Shown here: positions 36,603 through 46,966 of the stretch, piece after piece
Layout of the letters: each line of letters opens with the position of its first letter
Position numbering within the stretch: the stretch's first letter is position 1
Virus record (IMG/VR): IMGVR_UViG_3300033153_002115
Location: 34,469-98,468 of that record
DNA from: a virus
Length of the DNA: 64,000 nt
Direction: 5' to 3' (one strand)
Made by a program: the position numbers and the translations under genes
The notes under the pieces: generated by a model
What the model was told of the DNA's origin: nothing
Seen by the model: the letters and a program-made list of their open reading frames with translations, nothing else
Databases searched by the model: none

Positions 36603-37109
36603 TTACTCAATTCCATACTTTTCTTTTTGAGTATGCACTTTAATAGTTTCTAACATGTATTCCCTAGCTACTCTAGCTACTAATTTAGGATTAGTCTTAG
36701 CTCCGTCATGAGAAAGTAATGCTGCAGTGTAGTCTGTAAGTATTTTTAAAGTTATATCACTTGCAATTTTAAATTCAGTTAGAGCTATAGATTTATCGAA
36801 TTCATATAAATATCCTATTACTAATTTATCCCCAACACTTATGTGATTCTTTATAGTTTTGATCCCGTGCATTACTGTAGCATGATCCCTATCTACAGGC
36901 GCTCCTATCTTACTAAAACTTATAGTGAAAGGTTTATGATTATTGGCTAAATAAAAATACAATTGCCGGGTTAAAGCTACAATTTCTTTGTTTCTTGTGT
37001 AGGCTTTTAAAAAGTTTATCGGCACATTTGTAACTTTAGCTATAATTTCTAATACCTTACTGAGATATTGTATCTCAGGTTCTGATAAATCTTCTTCTTT
37101 AAACTTCAT
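36603..37109 (-). CDS. DnaA domain IV-like HTH DNA-binding protein
   Basis: RQLYFYLA...SFSKIG...RDHATVMHGIKTI signature; start MKFKEE preferred over 37154. Confidence 0.8.
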   Translation of the reverse strand: MKFKEEDLSEPEIQYLSKVLEIIAKVTNVPINFLKAYTRNKEIVALTRQLYFYLANNHKPFTISFSKIGAPVDRDHATVMHGIKTIKNHISVGDKLVIGYLYEFDKSIALTEFKIASDITLKILTDYTAALLSHDGAKTNPKLVARVAREYMLETIKVHTQKEKYGIE

Positions 37110-37524
37110 CTTTTTTAAGTTTATAAATAGTTTCCATATGTACCATTCTCGCATCTACAGCTTCTTCTAATTCATCTGTAGAAATAGCATTCTCTAAAGC
37201 CTCATAAGTGGCTTGGTTTATCCCAGAAAAGCAATCATCCCCAGTTAATACAACATAAGCACAACTAGCACATTCTTTTTTATGCCTTATTTTTATCTCT
37301 TGTCCAGATTCAGTATTGTCATTATGCTTTATCATAACAGCTTTACACAAAGTACACGTTCCTCTAGTACCAAATCCTGTTATATCTGATAATACTTCAT
37401 GTCCCCAGTTTTCATCTAAAGGATTCTCCTCATAGTTTTGAGCAATTTCGTCTAACCAGTCTACATCAATCTTTTTATATAAGACTATTAGATCTAAAAA
37501 TTCTTTTTCATTCTTCATCGTCAT
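37099..37524 (-). CDS. Hypothetical Cys-motif protein
   Basis: CTLC and CASC pairs. Confidence 0.55.
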   Translation of the reverse strand: MTMKNEKEFLDLIVLYKKIDVDWLDEIAQNYEENPLDENWGHEVLSDITGFGTRGTCTLCKAVMIKHNDNTESGQEIKIRHKKECASCAYVVLTGDDCFSGINQATYEALENAISTDELEEAVDARMVHMETIYKLKKDEV

Positions 37525-37762
37525 CTATGTTTATAGGTACTTCCTTATAGGGAATACCTGAGTTTAATAACGTATTGCTTTCTTCCAATGCCCATTTAAA
37601 GGCTTCTATATTACCTTCTAAAATTAACAATGATTCGAACAATTTAGAAGTTTGATCTAAATCCCCTCCAAATTCTGTAGCATATTTCAGTTTTTTATCT
37701 TTTTCAAGTCTTTTTTCTCGAAACTCGTCAAGCTTCTTTCTTATTTCTTCTGGTGTCTTCAT
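37508..37762 (-). CDS. Hypothetical protein
   Basis: 84 aa, overlapping-gene chain. Confidence 0.55.
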   Translation of the reverse strand: MKTPEEIRKKLDEFREKRLEKDKKLKYATEFGGDLDQTSKLFESLLILEGNIEAFKWALEESNTLLNSGIPYKEVPINIDDDEE

Positions 37763-37778
37763 AATTTACATTTTTAAA

Positions 37779-37985
37779 TTAAAAAATACTTAATCCCATT
37801 TCTTCAAATAAGCCTGCCATCGCAGCTATTCCAGCTATAGGAATAAGCATAAATGCCCGAGCTGTACGTTTCTTTTTTCTGTACAACTTAGGTCTTTGAG
37901 CATAATAATGCCATTTTTCATGGTCAGTTATATAATAACCATCTATATTATGCTCTCCATACTTTTCATATAAATCCCAATTCAT
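37779..37985 (-). CDS. Hypothetical membrane protein
   Basis: C-terminal hydrophobic segment after a basic patch. Confidence 0.5.
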   Translation of the reverse strand: MNWDLYEKYGEHNIDGYYITDHEKWHYYAQRPKLYRKKKRTARAFMLIPIAGIAAMAGLFEEMGLSIF

Positions 37986-38773
37986 AATGATTTGATTGCT
38001 TCTGTTACTAAACGTACTTGTTTTAAGGTTATGTCTTTAATACAGCCTATTTCAATAGAACCATGTTTTACAGAAAGTGTATCATATTGCGCAAGTTGTA
38101 TTCCTATTTCACCTGTCTTGGCTATAGAATAAAACTGTTCTACTTTATCATACCAATCTAACCACTGTTTTGTAGTAACAAAATAGATATTAACTGTAAC
38201 CCCTGAATGTGTAACTATAGCTTTTCTATCACCTAACATTAACTTAGGTTCTTTTAGTTGCCAATTATTAACTCGTGGTAGTTTAGACATTGCACAAGTC
38301 CCACAAATTCCAGTATTATTTAAATCAGCGTATTCAAATACACAAGTTTTACAAGTCTTATCAATATCATAATCAGAACCTTTTTGTATAGGTATTTCAG
38401 CAGCTTTATGTAAAGCATCTTCTGCCCACTCTATATTTTTTTCAGCTTGTAATTCAGCAAAATACTGTTGAGCATTTTCTTTTGTTGAAAAGTATTTGTA
38501 TACAACAACTTTACCCGAACGAGTAGTACAAAGTTGATTATATAGAAAAGTACTTGAAGTAAACCACCAATACATATCTCCTACATAAATATCTACACCA
38601 TCTTCAGTAGTAAATACGTGTGGTGCAAAATAGTCAGAATATTGTTCTACAATACTACAACGTATAGGACTTCCTTTATCCCCTTCATAATAACTTATAG
38701 TTTCATATCTATCTTTAATTATATCTCCTTTTTCATAAGGTGGATAATCTTTAAGTAATTTATATTGTTTCAT
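37982..38773 (-). CDS. Hypothetical protein
   Basis: 263 aa; FTTEDGVDIYVGD motif; CxxC pairs. Confidence 0.6.
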   Translation of the reverse strand: MKQYKLLKDYPPYEKGDIIKDRYETISYYEGDKGSPIRCSIVEQYSDYFAPHVFTTEDGVDIYVGDMYWWFTSSTFLYNQLCTTRSGKVVVYKYFSTKENAQQYFAELQAEKNIEWAEDALHKAAEIPIQKGSDYDIDKTCKTCVFEYADLNNTGICGTCAMSKLPRVNNWQLKEPKLMLGDRKAIVTHSGVTVNIYFVTTKQWLDWYDKVEQFYSIAKTGEIGIQLAQYDTLSVKHGSIEIGCIKDITLKQVRLVTEAIKSL

Positions 38774-39024
38774 TCTTGTTCCTCCAAATTATTAGTTAAA
38801 ATATCATCAATAATACCTTGCAATTCTTCAAGGTCTACTTCCGGTTTTTCGATAACTTCTTCGTCTTCATCCAAACCTTCTACATACTTCTCAGTAGCTT
38901 CTTCGCAGTAACTCCCTTCACATTGAAAGTGTTGAGAGTTACTGCTACCTTCGATAATAAACATTTCGCAATATTTGCAGATATCATCCTGATGATCCTC
39001 TACCCATTGTTGGTCTTTTTCCAT
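38770..39024 (-). CDS. Hypothetical acidic Cys-motif protein
   Basis: CKYC...CEGSYC. Confidence 0.55.
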   Translation of the reverse strand: MEKDQQWVEDHQDDICKYCEMFIIEGSSNSQHFQCEGSYCEEATEKYVEGLDEDEEVIEKPEVDLEELQGIIDDILTNNLEEQE

Positions 39025-39030
39025 AATAAG

Positions 39031-40095
39031 TTATTTATCAAGTCTAAATCCAACACATACAGGAAAACGAGGTATTCCAGAATCCGTTTCTTCAAAGTAC
39101 CTAATCTCAGCAACCTGTCCGATATACTTATCTTTATTAGTTAGTATTTCCTCACGTTCTTTATGAGAACACTTAAGAGAGGCTTTAAACTGTCTATCAC
39201 TTGAAATACTACAAAGCAATACACCTTGTTCTGGTCTAGCTTCAGAAGGTAATATATCTATAATCACAGCAGGCATATCTTTAAAATCTTTATACTTTAA
39301 CAGATTAGAACTTCTACCATTTACTTTATAGCCTTCTTCTCCATAACGTATTATAGTGCCTTCATACCCTTGTTTAAGGAATTCTGAATGAAGATCCTGC
39401 ATATCCGCTTCCTCATACACACGCGTAGTACTTACTCTATGAATAAACTCAAAAGGATAAAGAGCAAAAGCTCCATCGATGGCTTTATTTCTCATCTTAA
39501 ATGAATCCTGAGATACCATATCATAAACATGATAGTGTACTTTTTCTGTGGCACCAGGTCTGTACTTTTTAATCAACTTCATATTTTCCTGAAATGAAAT
39601 ACCGTGGGCATATAACTCACCATCTGGTATAGCACCAAGAAAACCTCGAAGTATATTCAATTCCTCATTTAAATGCTTAACAGTTTCAATAACACTACCT
39701 GTTCTTGACAAGAAAGTATCATCTGCTACACCTATACTACGCATACCGTCTAATTTAGGTTGGGCATATACAGGAAGACCCCAATTTACCTTCTTACTTT
39801 CTTTTTTGTAATCCTTGGCCAACATAGGAAGAACCACTACTTCATTTTCGGCTTGTTCAATAGTATCGAAGTAACCCTGTTTGAGTTTCTCAGTTACTTT
39901 ACTTGCAGCCTCTAGTTCTGCCTGGTATCTCGGCGTAGTCTCGTTAGATCTACCGATATTCTTACCTTTACAGGTTTTTACATTAGTTACTTTCTTACCG
40001 TCAAGTAAACCAGAAACTTGAAATAAGTACTCACCTTCATTATAAATATCTAATGAACGTATTTTTCCCTTTGTATCTTTTTTATATATTTCCAT
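39031..40095 (-). CDS. ATP-dependent DNA ligase
   Basis: PMLA, QPKLDGMR (motif I), DGELY, EGTIIR, LLKYK, GIPRFP; start MEIYKK preferred over 40140. Confidence 0.93.
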   Translation of the reverse strand: MEIYKKDTKGKIRSLDIYNEGEYLFQVSGLLDGKKVTNVKTCKGKNIGRSNETTPRYQAELEAASKVTEKLKQGYFDTIEQAENEVVVLPMLAKDYKKESKKVNWGLPVYAQPKLDGMRSIGVADDTFLSRTGSVIETVKHLNEELNILRGFLGAIPDGELYAHGISFQENMKLIKKYRPGATEKVHYHVYDMVSQDSFKMRNKAIDGAFALYPFEFIHRVSTTRVYEEADMQDLHSEFLKQGYEGTIIRYGEEGYKVNGRSSNLLKYKDFKDMPAVIIDILPSEARPEQGVLLCSISSDRQFKASLKCSHKEREEILTNKDKYIGQVAEIRYFEETDSGIPRFPVCVGFRLDK

Positions 40096-40107
40096 CTTTT
40101 TTAAGTT

Positions 40108-40137
40108 AAAAAGGGACAAGGTTGCAAACCTCATCCC
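40108..40137 (-). terminator. Hairpin with T-run between dUTPase and ligase
   Basis: GGGATGAGGTT-TGC-AACCTTGTCCC-TTTTT. Confidence 0.5.
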
Positions 40138-40164
40138 CACATTATTAACAACATTACTAATAAA

Positions 40165-40800
40165 CTAATCACCAGTATGTCCTAGACCACCTCTGTTTTT
40201 ATGAGAAGGCAGTTCTTTGATATACTGTACATTTAATTCAGGCATCTTTTTGACTAACCTAAATTGTGCTATTCTAGTATACGCCGGTATTTTAGTATGA
40301 TATGTAGCATAAGCCAGAAAATGCCATTCTTCACCATAAGTATTATCCACAATACCTTTACTGTTAGCCATTAGGATTTGATATTTACGATAAGTACTAC
40401 TACGTGGAAGAATGTGAGCTTCATAACCTTCAGGTATATCTATTTTAACACCTAAAGGTATTTGTTTATACGCTCTGGTTCCTATAAATGTTTCTTCTCT
40501 ACATTTCAAATCGATCCAGTCACCGTGTTGTTCAGGTGTACATTCCGGATCCAAAAGAACAATATTTAGATCTAACATAAAAATCTCTATGACATTTTCT
40601 ACGTTATGGGCTGGTATATAGAACTCTGCTTTCTCCTTCCCGGTATACGGAGTATTATCGGATATCCTATACCCAAGATCATTAACATATTGATCAGCGA
40701 CTAGAGTTTTTCCTGCAAATTTAAACCACCAAGTGTTAGAAGGTTGTATTTTGTATAACGTTATTTTATATCTTTGCATAATTTTATTATATGTTTTCAA
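40165..40800 (-). CDS. dut: dUTPase (trimeric) with N-terminal extension
   Basis: GDWIDL, ILPRSS, GIVDNTY, RIAQF, RGGLGHTG motifs. Confidence 0.9.
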   Translation of the reverse strand: MKTYNKIMQRYKITLYKIQPSNTWWFKFAGKTLVADQYVNDLGYRISDNTPYTGKEKAEFYIPAHNVENVIEIFMLDLNIVLLDPECTPEQHGDWIDLKCREETFIGTRAYKQIPLGVKIDIPEGYEAHILPRSSTYRKYQILMANSKGIVDNTYGEEWHFLAYATYHTKIPAYTRIAQFRLVKKMPELNVQYIKELPSHKNRGGLGHTGD

Positions 40801-41338
40801 TAAAGTCTGAAGAATCCAACTTCTCGGTCAACTCTCCTTTATGTAAAGTTTCGAACAACTCATCATTATGTTTGTCGCTACCTCTGAGCGCATCAAACAT
40901 ATAATTACGTAATTCTTCATCTTTGTGTAAAGCGAATATTAACTTGGAAGTATACTTATGTCCATCAGAACCTACTGTATTAAAGAATAAACCAGACTTA
41001 GTAGATATTATCTGTTTTGCTTTAGAAGATATCTGACTATACTTCCCTTTTAAAATAAGAGAAATATCACTCAGAAACTCTTCTGGTACCGAATAAACAA
41101 GAAATAACAAGTCATTACTGACTATTTTATTAGTATGTATGGTATCAGAGTATATATCTTCTTTCACTTGCACAAACACAGACGTACCGGCATGGTTGAT
41201 TTTAGTGACGATGAAATTAGGTCCAAAGTCGTCTTTGCTTAAACCCACTAATGGCAAAGCATAGTAATTTAAAATGGAATCTCCATCTTGATAAGGCAAA
41301 AACCTACTTTTCATACGTTTAGTTTTAGAAATTACCAA
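40787..41338 (-). CDS. Hypothetical protein
   Basis: 183 aa in the replication module; GKYS.IS motif. Confidence 0.55.
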   Translation of the reverse strand: MVISKTKRMKSRFLPYQDGDSILNYYALPLVGLSKDDFGPNFIVTKINHAGTSVFVQVKEDIYSDTIHTNKIVSNDLLFLVYSVPEEFLSDISLILKGKYSQISSKAKQIISTKSGLFFNTVGSDGHKYTSKLIFALHKDEELRNYMFDALRGSDKHNDELFETLHKGELTEKLDSSDFIENI

Positions 41339-42120
41339 TCTTGCAGTCCAGTATGGTCAACTTGATCATACTCAAAACAATCTATTGTATTAAAAATATC
41401 TACTTCCTTTTTGTCAGTAAACTGTTTTAACTCATCGATGCTATGTAATAGTCTTATTAAGTGGTAATTTAAATAACAGTTGCGTATCCAATCAGGTAAT
41501 TTAGCTTTTTTATAAGCAGCTCTAAATGCTTTAAACACACTAACATGCTTATCCATATGTTTAGCTGCCCATACTTTACCTACACCAGGCACACCTTTAA
41601 TATTATCAGTACTATCGCCAGCAAGGACTTGACATTTAAATATATAATCCCCTTGATCGACTTTAACCTCTTTAAAGTTTTCACCTTTTAAGTTACAATG
41701 CCTACCAGGAATACAATTCAAGTCTTTATCATTATGAGCAAAAGTCATCTGATACTCAAGCATGTACTTGTAATAGTAAATAGATAAAGCGTCGTCACTT
41801 TCAATTACTTCTAGACCGGTTACACCTTTGTAACTATTGAACACTTCGTGAATATAAGGACGCCAATACTTGACATACTCAGGTGTAGGGGGTCTATGAG
41901 CTTTATACTCCGGATAAAATTCCTTTCTAAAATTAGTATGTCCTTCTTTTTGATAAAAACCGGCATAAGCTTCAGCTTCTGTCTTTGACACTATAGTATC
42001 GATGGTTTCTTTAACTTCATCTTGTACAATTATAGCAGCCATAACTCCTTCTTCATCTTTATGTCGATATGCAATAACATAAACAATACTATCTAAATCA
42101 ATAACTGTCAATCTTTTCAT
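41332..42120 (-). CDS. 5'-3' exonuclease / flap endonuclease (RNase H-like)
   Basis: IDLD, FRKEFYPEYKAHR, ESDD, DKDL, GDSTDNIKGVPGVG. Confidence 0.92.
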   Translation of the reverse strand: MKRLTVIDLDSIVYVIAYRHKDEEGVMAAIIVQDEVKETIDTIVSKTEAEAYAGFYQKEGHTNFRKEFYPEYKAHRPPTPEYVKYWRPYIHEVFNSYKGVTGLEVIESDDALSIYYYKYMLEYQMTFAHNDKDLNCIPGRHCNLKGENFKEVKVDQGDYIFKCQVLAGDSTDNIKGVPGVGKVWAAKHMDKHVSVFKAFRAAYKKAKLPDWIRNCYLNYHLIRLLHSIDELKQFTDKKEVDIFNTIDCFEYDQVDHTGLQDW

Positions 42121-42644
42121 AAACCATTAGCATTTAAAAATGCATTTAATTTTACTTGCGCATCTTCGTTCAAAGAATCGAAGTACTTTAAGAATTCTTC
42201 GTAGACTTTCTCATGTAAACGTAATTTTACATAAAGTTGTTCAAAATCAGTAGCATTTAATATCACAAATTCACCTCTTTTCATAAACCGAGGTTTAACA
42301 TTAGGGGTTTTTTGTACTCTTTGAGTCTGTTTGTGATACACGATTGGTATCCCACCAAAAATTTCGACTGCTTCTTTCATTAAACCTAGTAGTTTAGGGT
42401 AAGAAGGAGCAGTAGTTTTATTTTTAGCTTGAATAGTTAGACCAAATTTTTCATATTCTTTAGGTTTAACTGTTGTGATATCAACCTTTTTAGCGTCCAT
42501 AGCCCTACTTAATTCTCTAGTAGAACCTAAAGTAGGAAAAAGAGGGGTCTCACGCCCCTCTTCGTCAACGTAATTAAAAGAATTATACCTTTTAACTATA
42601 TCTAATTCATAAGCATTACCTGCCGTACGATTTCTATTTGCCAT
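42117..42644 (-). CDS. PD-(D/E)xK nuclease, putative Holliday junction resolvase
   Basis: NRTAGNAYE...DAKKVDI...IQAK. Confidence 0.7.
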   Translation of the reverse strand: MANRNRTAGNAYELDIVKRYNSFNYVDEEGRETPLFPTLGSTRELSRAMDAKKVDITTVKPKEYEKFGLTIQAKNKTTAPSYPKLLGLMKEAVEIFGGIPIVYHKQTQRVQKTPNVKPRFMKRGEFVILNATDFEQLYVKLRLHEKVYEEFLKYFDSLNEDAQVKLNAFLNANGL

Positions 42645-43836
42645 CAGTAATATCTTTTAACAAACCGGCATTTACAGCTTCCTGCTCTTTTCTCTCTTTA
42701 AGAGCCTCAGCTTCCTCTTCTAACACCTTCTTGAATTGTGTAGCAATACGAGCATCACTTTCTTTAGCATACTCAGAGATAAAGTACATACCTTCTAATT
42801 CCCCTTCCATCATAGCACCGTTTATAAAGCAACGATCAGCTCTAAAAGCTTTACCATCACTCTGGAAACTAATAATGTCATAAGGATCAATGAAACAAGT
42901 CAATGTCTCAGTTTCAGAGTTACTATACCCTTCGATATAAGCTTGTCCACCAAAATAAAGACCACCACCACCAAAGGTGTTTTCGTGATTACGTTTAGCA
43001 CCTACCGGTAATACATGTTCTTTACCAATTTTATACTTATAACCTAGCTCATCTCCACACATAAAGTTATCTCCATCTTTACAAATAGAAGGTGTGAAAG
43101 TAATCTCTTCAAGATAAATAGGTGCTCCAGGGGTTTTAATTACCTCACCAGTAACCTCATTAATTACTTGAGTACCAGGAAAAGCGTCAACCTGCCTTTT
43201 GATTTCATTACCATCCTTATCTTTAGTAAGTTCCCAGATTAACTTTACCACATCAACTACCTTATAAGTAGCCAAGATACCAAAACTGGTAATAGCGATA
43301 TCGTTATAAGTACTGGAAGCTACTGCCTGTTCTTCAGTAAAACCTTGCTCTTCCACGAAATGCCTCTTATGTTCCTGATTCACATACATAGCAGTAAGGT
43401 AATTGGCGAATAGACGACAGTTCTCTTCATTACCCATGTGTCTCGCTAAGAAACGTCTCCAAGCCAATAATATAGGCATGTAATCTGCTTTCTCGTCATA
43501 AGACTCAACGATACGTTCTGCAAGTGTCTCTGGTAACGGGATACGGGAAACTTTCTCAGATTTTTTACCTTTGTTAATTACAAGGTGATATTGTCCGGTA
43601 ACAGGCTTATATTTAAGATACCCATTAACCGAAGCGACTTCTTCTTTGTGATCCACCTGGATTATCTCACGAGCATTATCCAATACCTCGTTATATGTGG
43701 CAGTATCTTTGCACTTATCAAGTCTACCAGACAGAACCCCTAAAGATTCAAATTTAGCCTGATCAAACAAGATATTGAAAGGTTTACCTTGGATAGCACC
43801 GGTAATCCGGTCATTCTTTCTGTTTACTAAAATCAT
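42634..43836 (-). CDS. rIIB-like protein
   Basis: Downstream of the rIIA-like gene; ITSFGILATYK, GGLYFG..YI..Y, IDP.DI.S motifs. Confidence 0.65.
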   Translation of the reverse strand: MILVNRKNDRITGAIQGKPFNILFDQAKFESLGVLSGRLDKCKDTATYNEVLDNAREIIQVDHKEEVASVNGYLKYKPVTGQYHLVINKGKKSEKVSRIPLPETLAERIVESYDEKADYMPILLAWRRFLARHMGNEENCRLFANYLTAMYVNQEHKRHFVEEQGFTEEQAVASSTYNDIAITSFGILATYKVVDVVKLIWELTKDKDGNEIKRQVDAFPGTQVINEVTGEVIKTPGAPIYLEEITFTPSICKDGDNFMCGDELGYKYKIGKEHVLPVGAKRNHENTFGGGGLYFGGQAYIEGYSNSETETLTCFIDPYDIISFQSDGKAFRADRCFINGAMMEGELEGMYFISEYAKESDARIATQFKKVLEEEAEALKERKEQEAVNAGLLKDITDGK

Positions 43837-43866
43837 GTTATTAAATTTAAAATGAATAAATAATAC

Positions 43867-46728
43867 TTATAAAGATACTAATTTTTTGTCAATCTGCGCA
43901 TCAAGAAGATCGTATAGTCCGTTTTTATCATAATGAGTGTCATGTTCATATACTATATATCTTAACAATACTAACTCCATAATTTCCCGGTATTTAAGTA
44001 AGTCACGGTCCAAATTATCAATAAAAGTTTTGTCAAATACATTGATATCTACCTCATTAAACTTCTGTACTATAGTCTTTTGTTTATCCTGTAAACCTTC
44101 TACAGGTAAATCCTGTATCTCGGATAAAGAATATAAACTATCAATTAATTCTGCTACTCCTGTACTATCTACATTTAACACTTTTTCAAAATTGTGTTTA
44201 ATGTTTACAATAGGATCTGTAGAGTCGTCATACTTAGGTACAGGAAAAGACTGCAATAATGTATTTGCAGCTATTATATTTTCCGTGTTCTCTTCACCAA
44301 TAACTTTTTCTAAACGGAGAACAAAAGTTCTGGAATCTAAAGCACGATTTACAGGGTTCAAAGTAATTAACTTATGTAAATATAACCCTGTAATGAAGTT
44401 ATTTACTGTTTCTCCGAACTTAATGGTTAATTTCCCATCACTTACACTCTGTTCTTGTTTTACATATGTCTTTACGTCCATACTTCCTGGTATTTCTTTA
44501 AAAAATTTAATATTATCTTTTGCAATTTGTATAAAAGAAACATCACCTTCTAAAGCAGATTCTAAGTCTCCAGTATCACCTCTTTTTCTATCTACATTTA
44601 ACAGACGCATGTAAGCAACAGCTAACAATAATAACCTGTCTTCTGTAGAAGCGTATACTACAGTTCCTTTTACATCACCAAGTTCTATTGTTTTCATATC
44701 ATGTAAATTGAAATTTACTTGACTTGCTTCATAAGAACTTATAGTAGTTAAAACGTTATTGTTTATTCGTTTATAAACAGACAAAGTTCTATAAGGAAGT
44801 ATCTGCTTTTCTTTCTTTAACTTAGCCAGATCTCTCTTCTTAGTTTCATGTACAGACTCTGTAGCTACCATTACTTTCCCTTCAACTTTATTTTTCTTCT
44901 GTTCAGCAGTTTGCCTTACTACAGGGTCATCTACAAGATGTATCTCTTTTATAAAAGCTTTAACATCTTCAGGATCTATTTTTCCTATATCCTGTATAGC
45001 GTATTTCTTTACTATCGCTGCAAAAAGTTCAAAGTATAGACCTTTCTTACTGAAGTGTTCTAAATACCTACGATACTTAGCAAGGTTAGCTTTATCTTTT
45101 TTTATTAAACCCTTAGTAGTAGTTTTACGTAAATACTCATCAATGTCTACAGGCGTTTCAGTAAAGTCCTTAAAAGTCATAAACTGATACATATCCTGAT
45201 CTTGTGCACACAATTTACGTTGAATATACAAAGCCGTACTTGCACGAAAAGGGTATGTATTATCCTCATGTCGAATAAAGAATAGCTTATTAAAATTCAA
45301 ACTAGTATGATCACGTAATTCAGCAGTAGTTATCGCGTAAGTACTTGCACCAATCGCATTAGTTTTAAATGCATAGAACATTTCTAACATATTATATACA
45401 GATACTTTTGGTACGACACCTCTAGATGATACTTTTTTAAGAGTAGCTGCATCTAAATAGTCTTTAGGGTCTATATCAACATTCATATGTACAGCTCCAC
45501 CAAAACTACGTAATTGCTTAATTAACTCAGAATCATCATCACCACTAACTTGGTATTTAGTTGCAGATAAATAACGCTCTACAGGATTTTCAATAGAAGC
45601 TAATTTAGATTCCAAAGCTTTACCCGCCTCTTCACTGGCCGCTGTAATAGCATTTTGAACAAAATTACGCGTCTTATCGGTCCATTTAACAGCTTCTCTA
45701 TTTGCTGCTACATCAATATCATTAGCATTACCTTTTACAGCTATGCTACCATACTTTTTATTCATACCCAATTCCGGAAAGTCAATAGTCCCATAGTTCA
45801 CATTGTTAATGAGAATATGAGGGACAGTAAAGTAACTATTCCTGGATACTATAAATAAATCTGTCTCATGTAATATTGTAGCTTTAAAAGAAGGTTCATA
45901 TGATACACCATCTTCGATTATCTCAAAAGTAAGGTGATTGCCAAAATACATAAGCTGCTTCTTAACAGCATCAACGAATCTATCTTTATTATGTGACTTT
46001 ACATTAAATGAAAGACGAACACTATTACTGGTACTAGAATTTTCCCAATATATAGGTTCTTTAACTTCAACACGTTGCGCTTCATCATTATCATCAATAA
46101 TTTCTTTATAGCCTACAATGTACTCGGTTTTAGCCGCATCCTTTTCAGGGATAATACACTTATAATACTTGTCATAGATCATGAACTTAGTATAATACCC
46201 ATTGTACCATGTTTCTAACACATAATACTCGATGTTAGTCGCTAATGAGCTTTTACTACCTAGTCCATATTTACCAAGCATATCTTTAGATAATCTCTTA
46301 GAAGAATACCCGGGACGCATGTAACCTTTAAGTCTTTCACCCCCTAAACCTACACCAAAGTCACGAAAAGCGATAGTATCTTTACCATCTTCTTCATTAA
46401 CTGTATAAATAATGTTTACTTTATTATTACCTTGATCTAAATACTCAGGGTCATAATAAGATTCATCAAATATACTGGCTTTAGTTTCGATACGAGTGTC
46501 CACTACAAAGTGGTCTTCAATTTCTGCTTCTTTATTTAGTATAGATAAAGCTATTTTCTTTTCCTTGATGGAATCATACGCATTAGAGAAATTCTCTCTA
46601 ACAGACGACTCAAAAGGAAAGCTGTAAATATCTTTTTGTACTACATCCAGAATCATAGAAATCGAATCTCTATCAAGTTCTTTAATTAAACCTTGATTTT
46701 CTACAAGTTCTTTGTCTAATACTGCCAT
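43867..46728 (-). CDS. rIIA-like protein (N-terminal GHKL ATPase)
   Basis: IYS...VRENFSNAYDS, FRDFGVGL, SSKR...GKYGLGSKS, NREA.KW. Confidence 0.82.
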   Translation of the reverse strand: MAVLDKELVENQGLIKELDRDSISMILDVVQKDIYSFPFESSVRENFSNAYDSIKEKKIALSILNKEAEIEDHFVVDTRIETKASIFDESYYDPEYLDQGNNKVNIIYTVNEEDGKDTIAFRDFGVGLGGERLKGYMRPGYSSKRLSKDMLGKYGLGSKSSLATNIEYYVLETWYNGYYTKFMIYDKYYKCIIPEKDAAKTEYIVGYKEIIDDNDEAQRVEVKEPIYWENSSTSNSVRLSFNVKSHNKDRFVDAVKKQLMYFGNHLTFEIIEDGVSYEPSFKATILHETDLFIVSRNSYFTVPHILINNVNYGTIDFPELGMNKKYGSIAVKGNANDIDVAANREAVKWTDKTRNFVQNAITAASEEAGKALESKLASIENPVERYLSATKYQVSGDDDSELIKQLRSFGGAVHMNVDIDPKDYLDAATLKKVSSRGVVPKVSVYNMLEMFYAFKTNAIGASTYAITTAELRDHTSLNFNKLFFIRHEDNTYPFRASTALYIQRKLCAQDQDMYQFMTFKDFTETPVDIDEYLRKTTTKGLIKKDKANLAKYRRYLEHFSKKGLYFELFAAIVKKYAIQDIGKIDPEDVKAFIKEIHLVDDPVVRQTAEQKKNKVEGKVMVATESVHETKKRDLAKLKKEKQILPYRTLSVYKRINNNVLTTISSYEASQVNFNLHDMKTIELGDVKGTVVYASTEDRLLLLAVAYMRLLNVDRKRGDTGDLESALEGDVSFIQIAKDNIKFFKEIPGSMDVKTYVKQEQSVSDGKLTIKFGETVNNFITGLYLHKLITLNPVNRALDSRTFVLRLEKVIGEENTENIIAANTLLQSFPVPKYDDSTDPIVNIKHNFEKVLNVDSTGVAELIDSLYSLSEIQDLPVEGLQDKQKTIVQKFNEVDINVFDKTFIDNLDRDLLKYREIMELVLLRYIVYEHDTHYDKNGLYDLLDAQIDKKLVSL

Positions 46729-46729
46729 A

Positions 46730-46966
46730 TTATATCATTTTTAACAGTTCAAGTTGTTTTTGTGCTTCTACACATCTATTATGGTATGTAGACTTAGATA
46801 TCATAGATGTTTGGATATTTCCGCCTTGCATTATACTTACATCATTTATAGATATAGCATAGTTCATTTTAGCTTCTTTTGCATCACCAGCGACTGTATA
46901 TCCAACTATAAATCCACGATCATTAGGGCCACCATCCATATATTCTTTAATTTCAAATATGTTCAT
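46730..46966 (-). CDS. Hypothetical protein
   Basis: 78 aa in gene chain. Confidence 0.5.
   Translation of the reverse strand: MNIFEIKEYMDGGPNDRGFIVGYTVAGDAKEAKMNYAISINDVSIMQGGNIQTSMISKSTYHNRCVEAQKQLELLKMI

Noticed and set aside
43937-44614. 225-aa + strand ORF and the other antisense ORFs inside large genes
   Set aside because: Codon-shadow ORFs opposite well-supported genes
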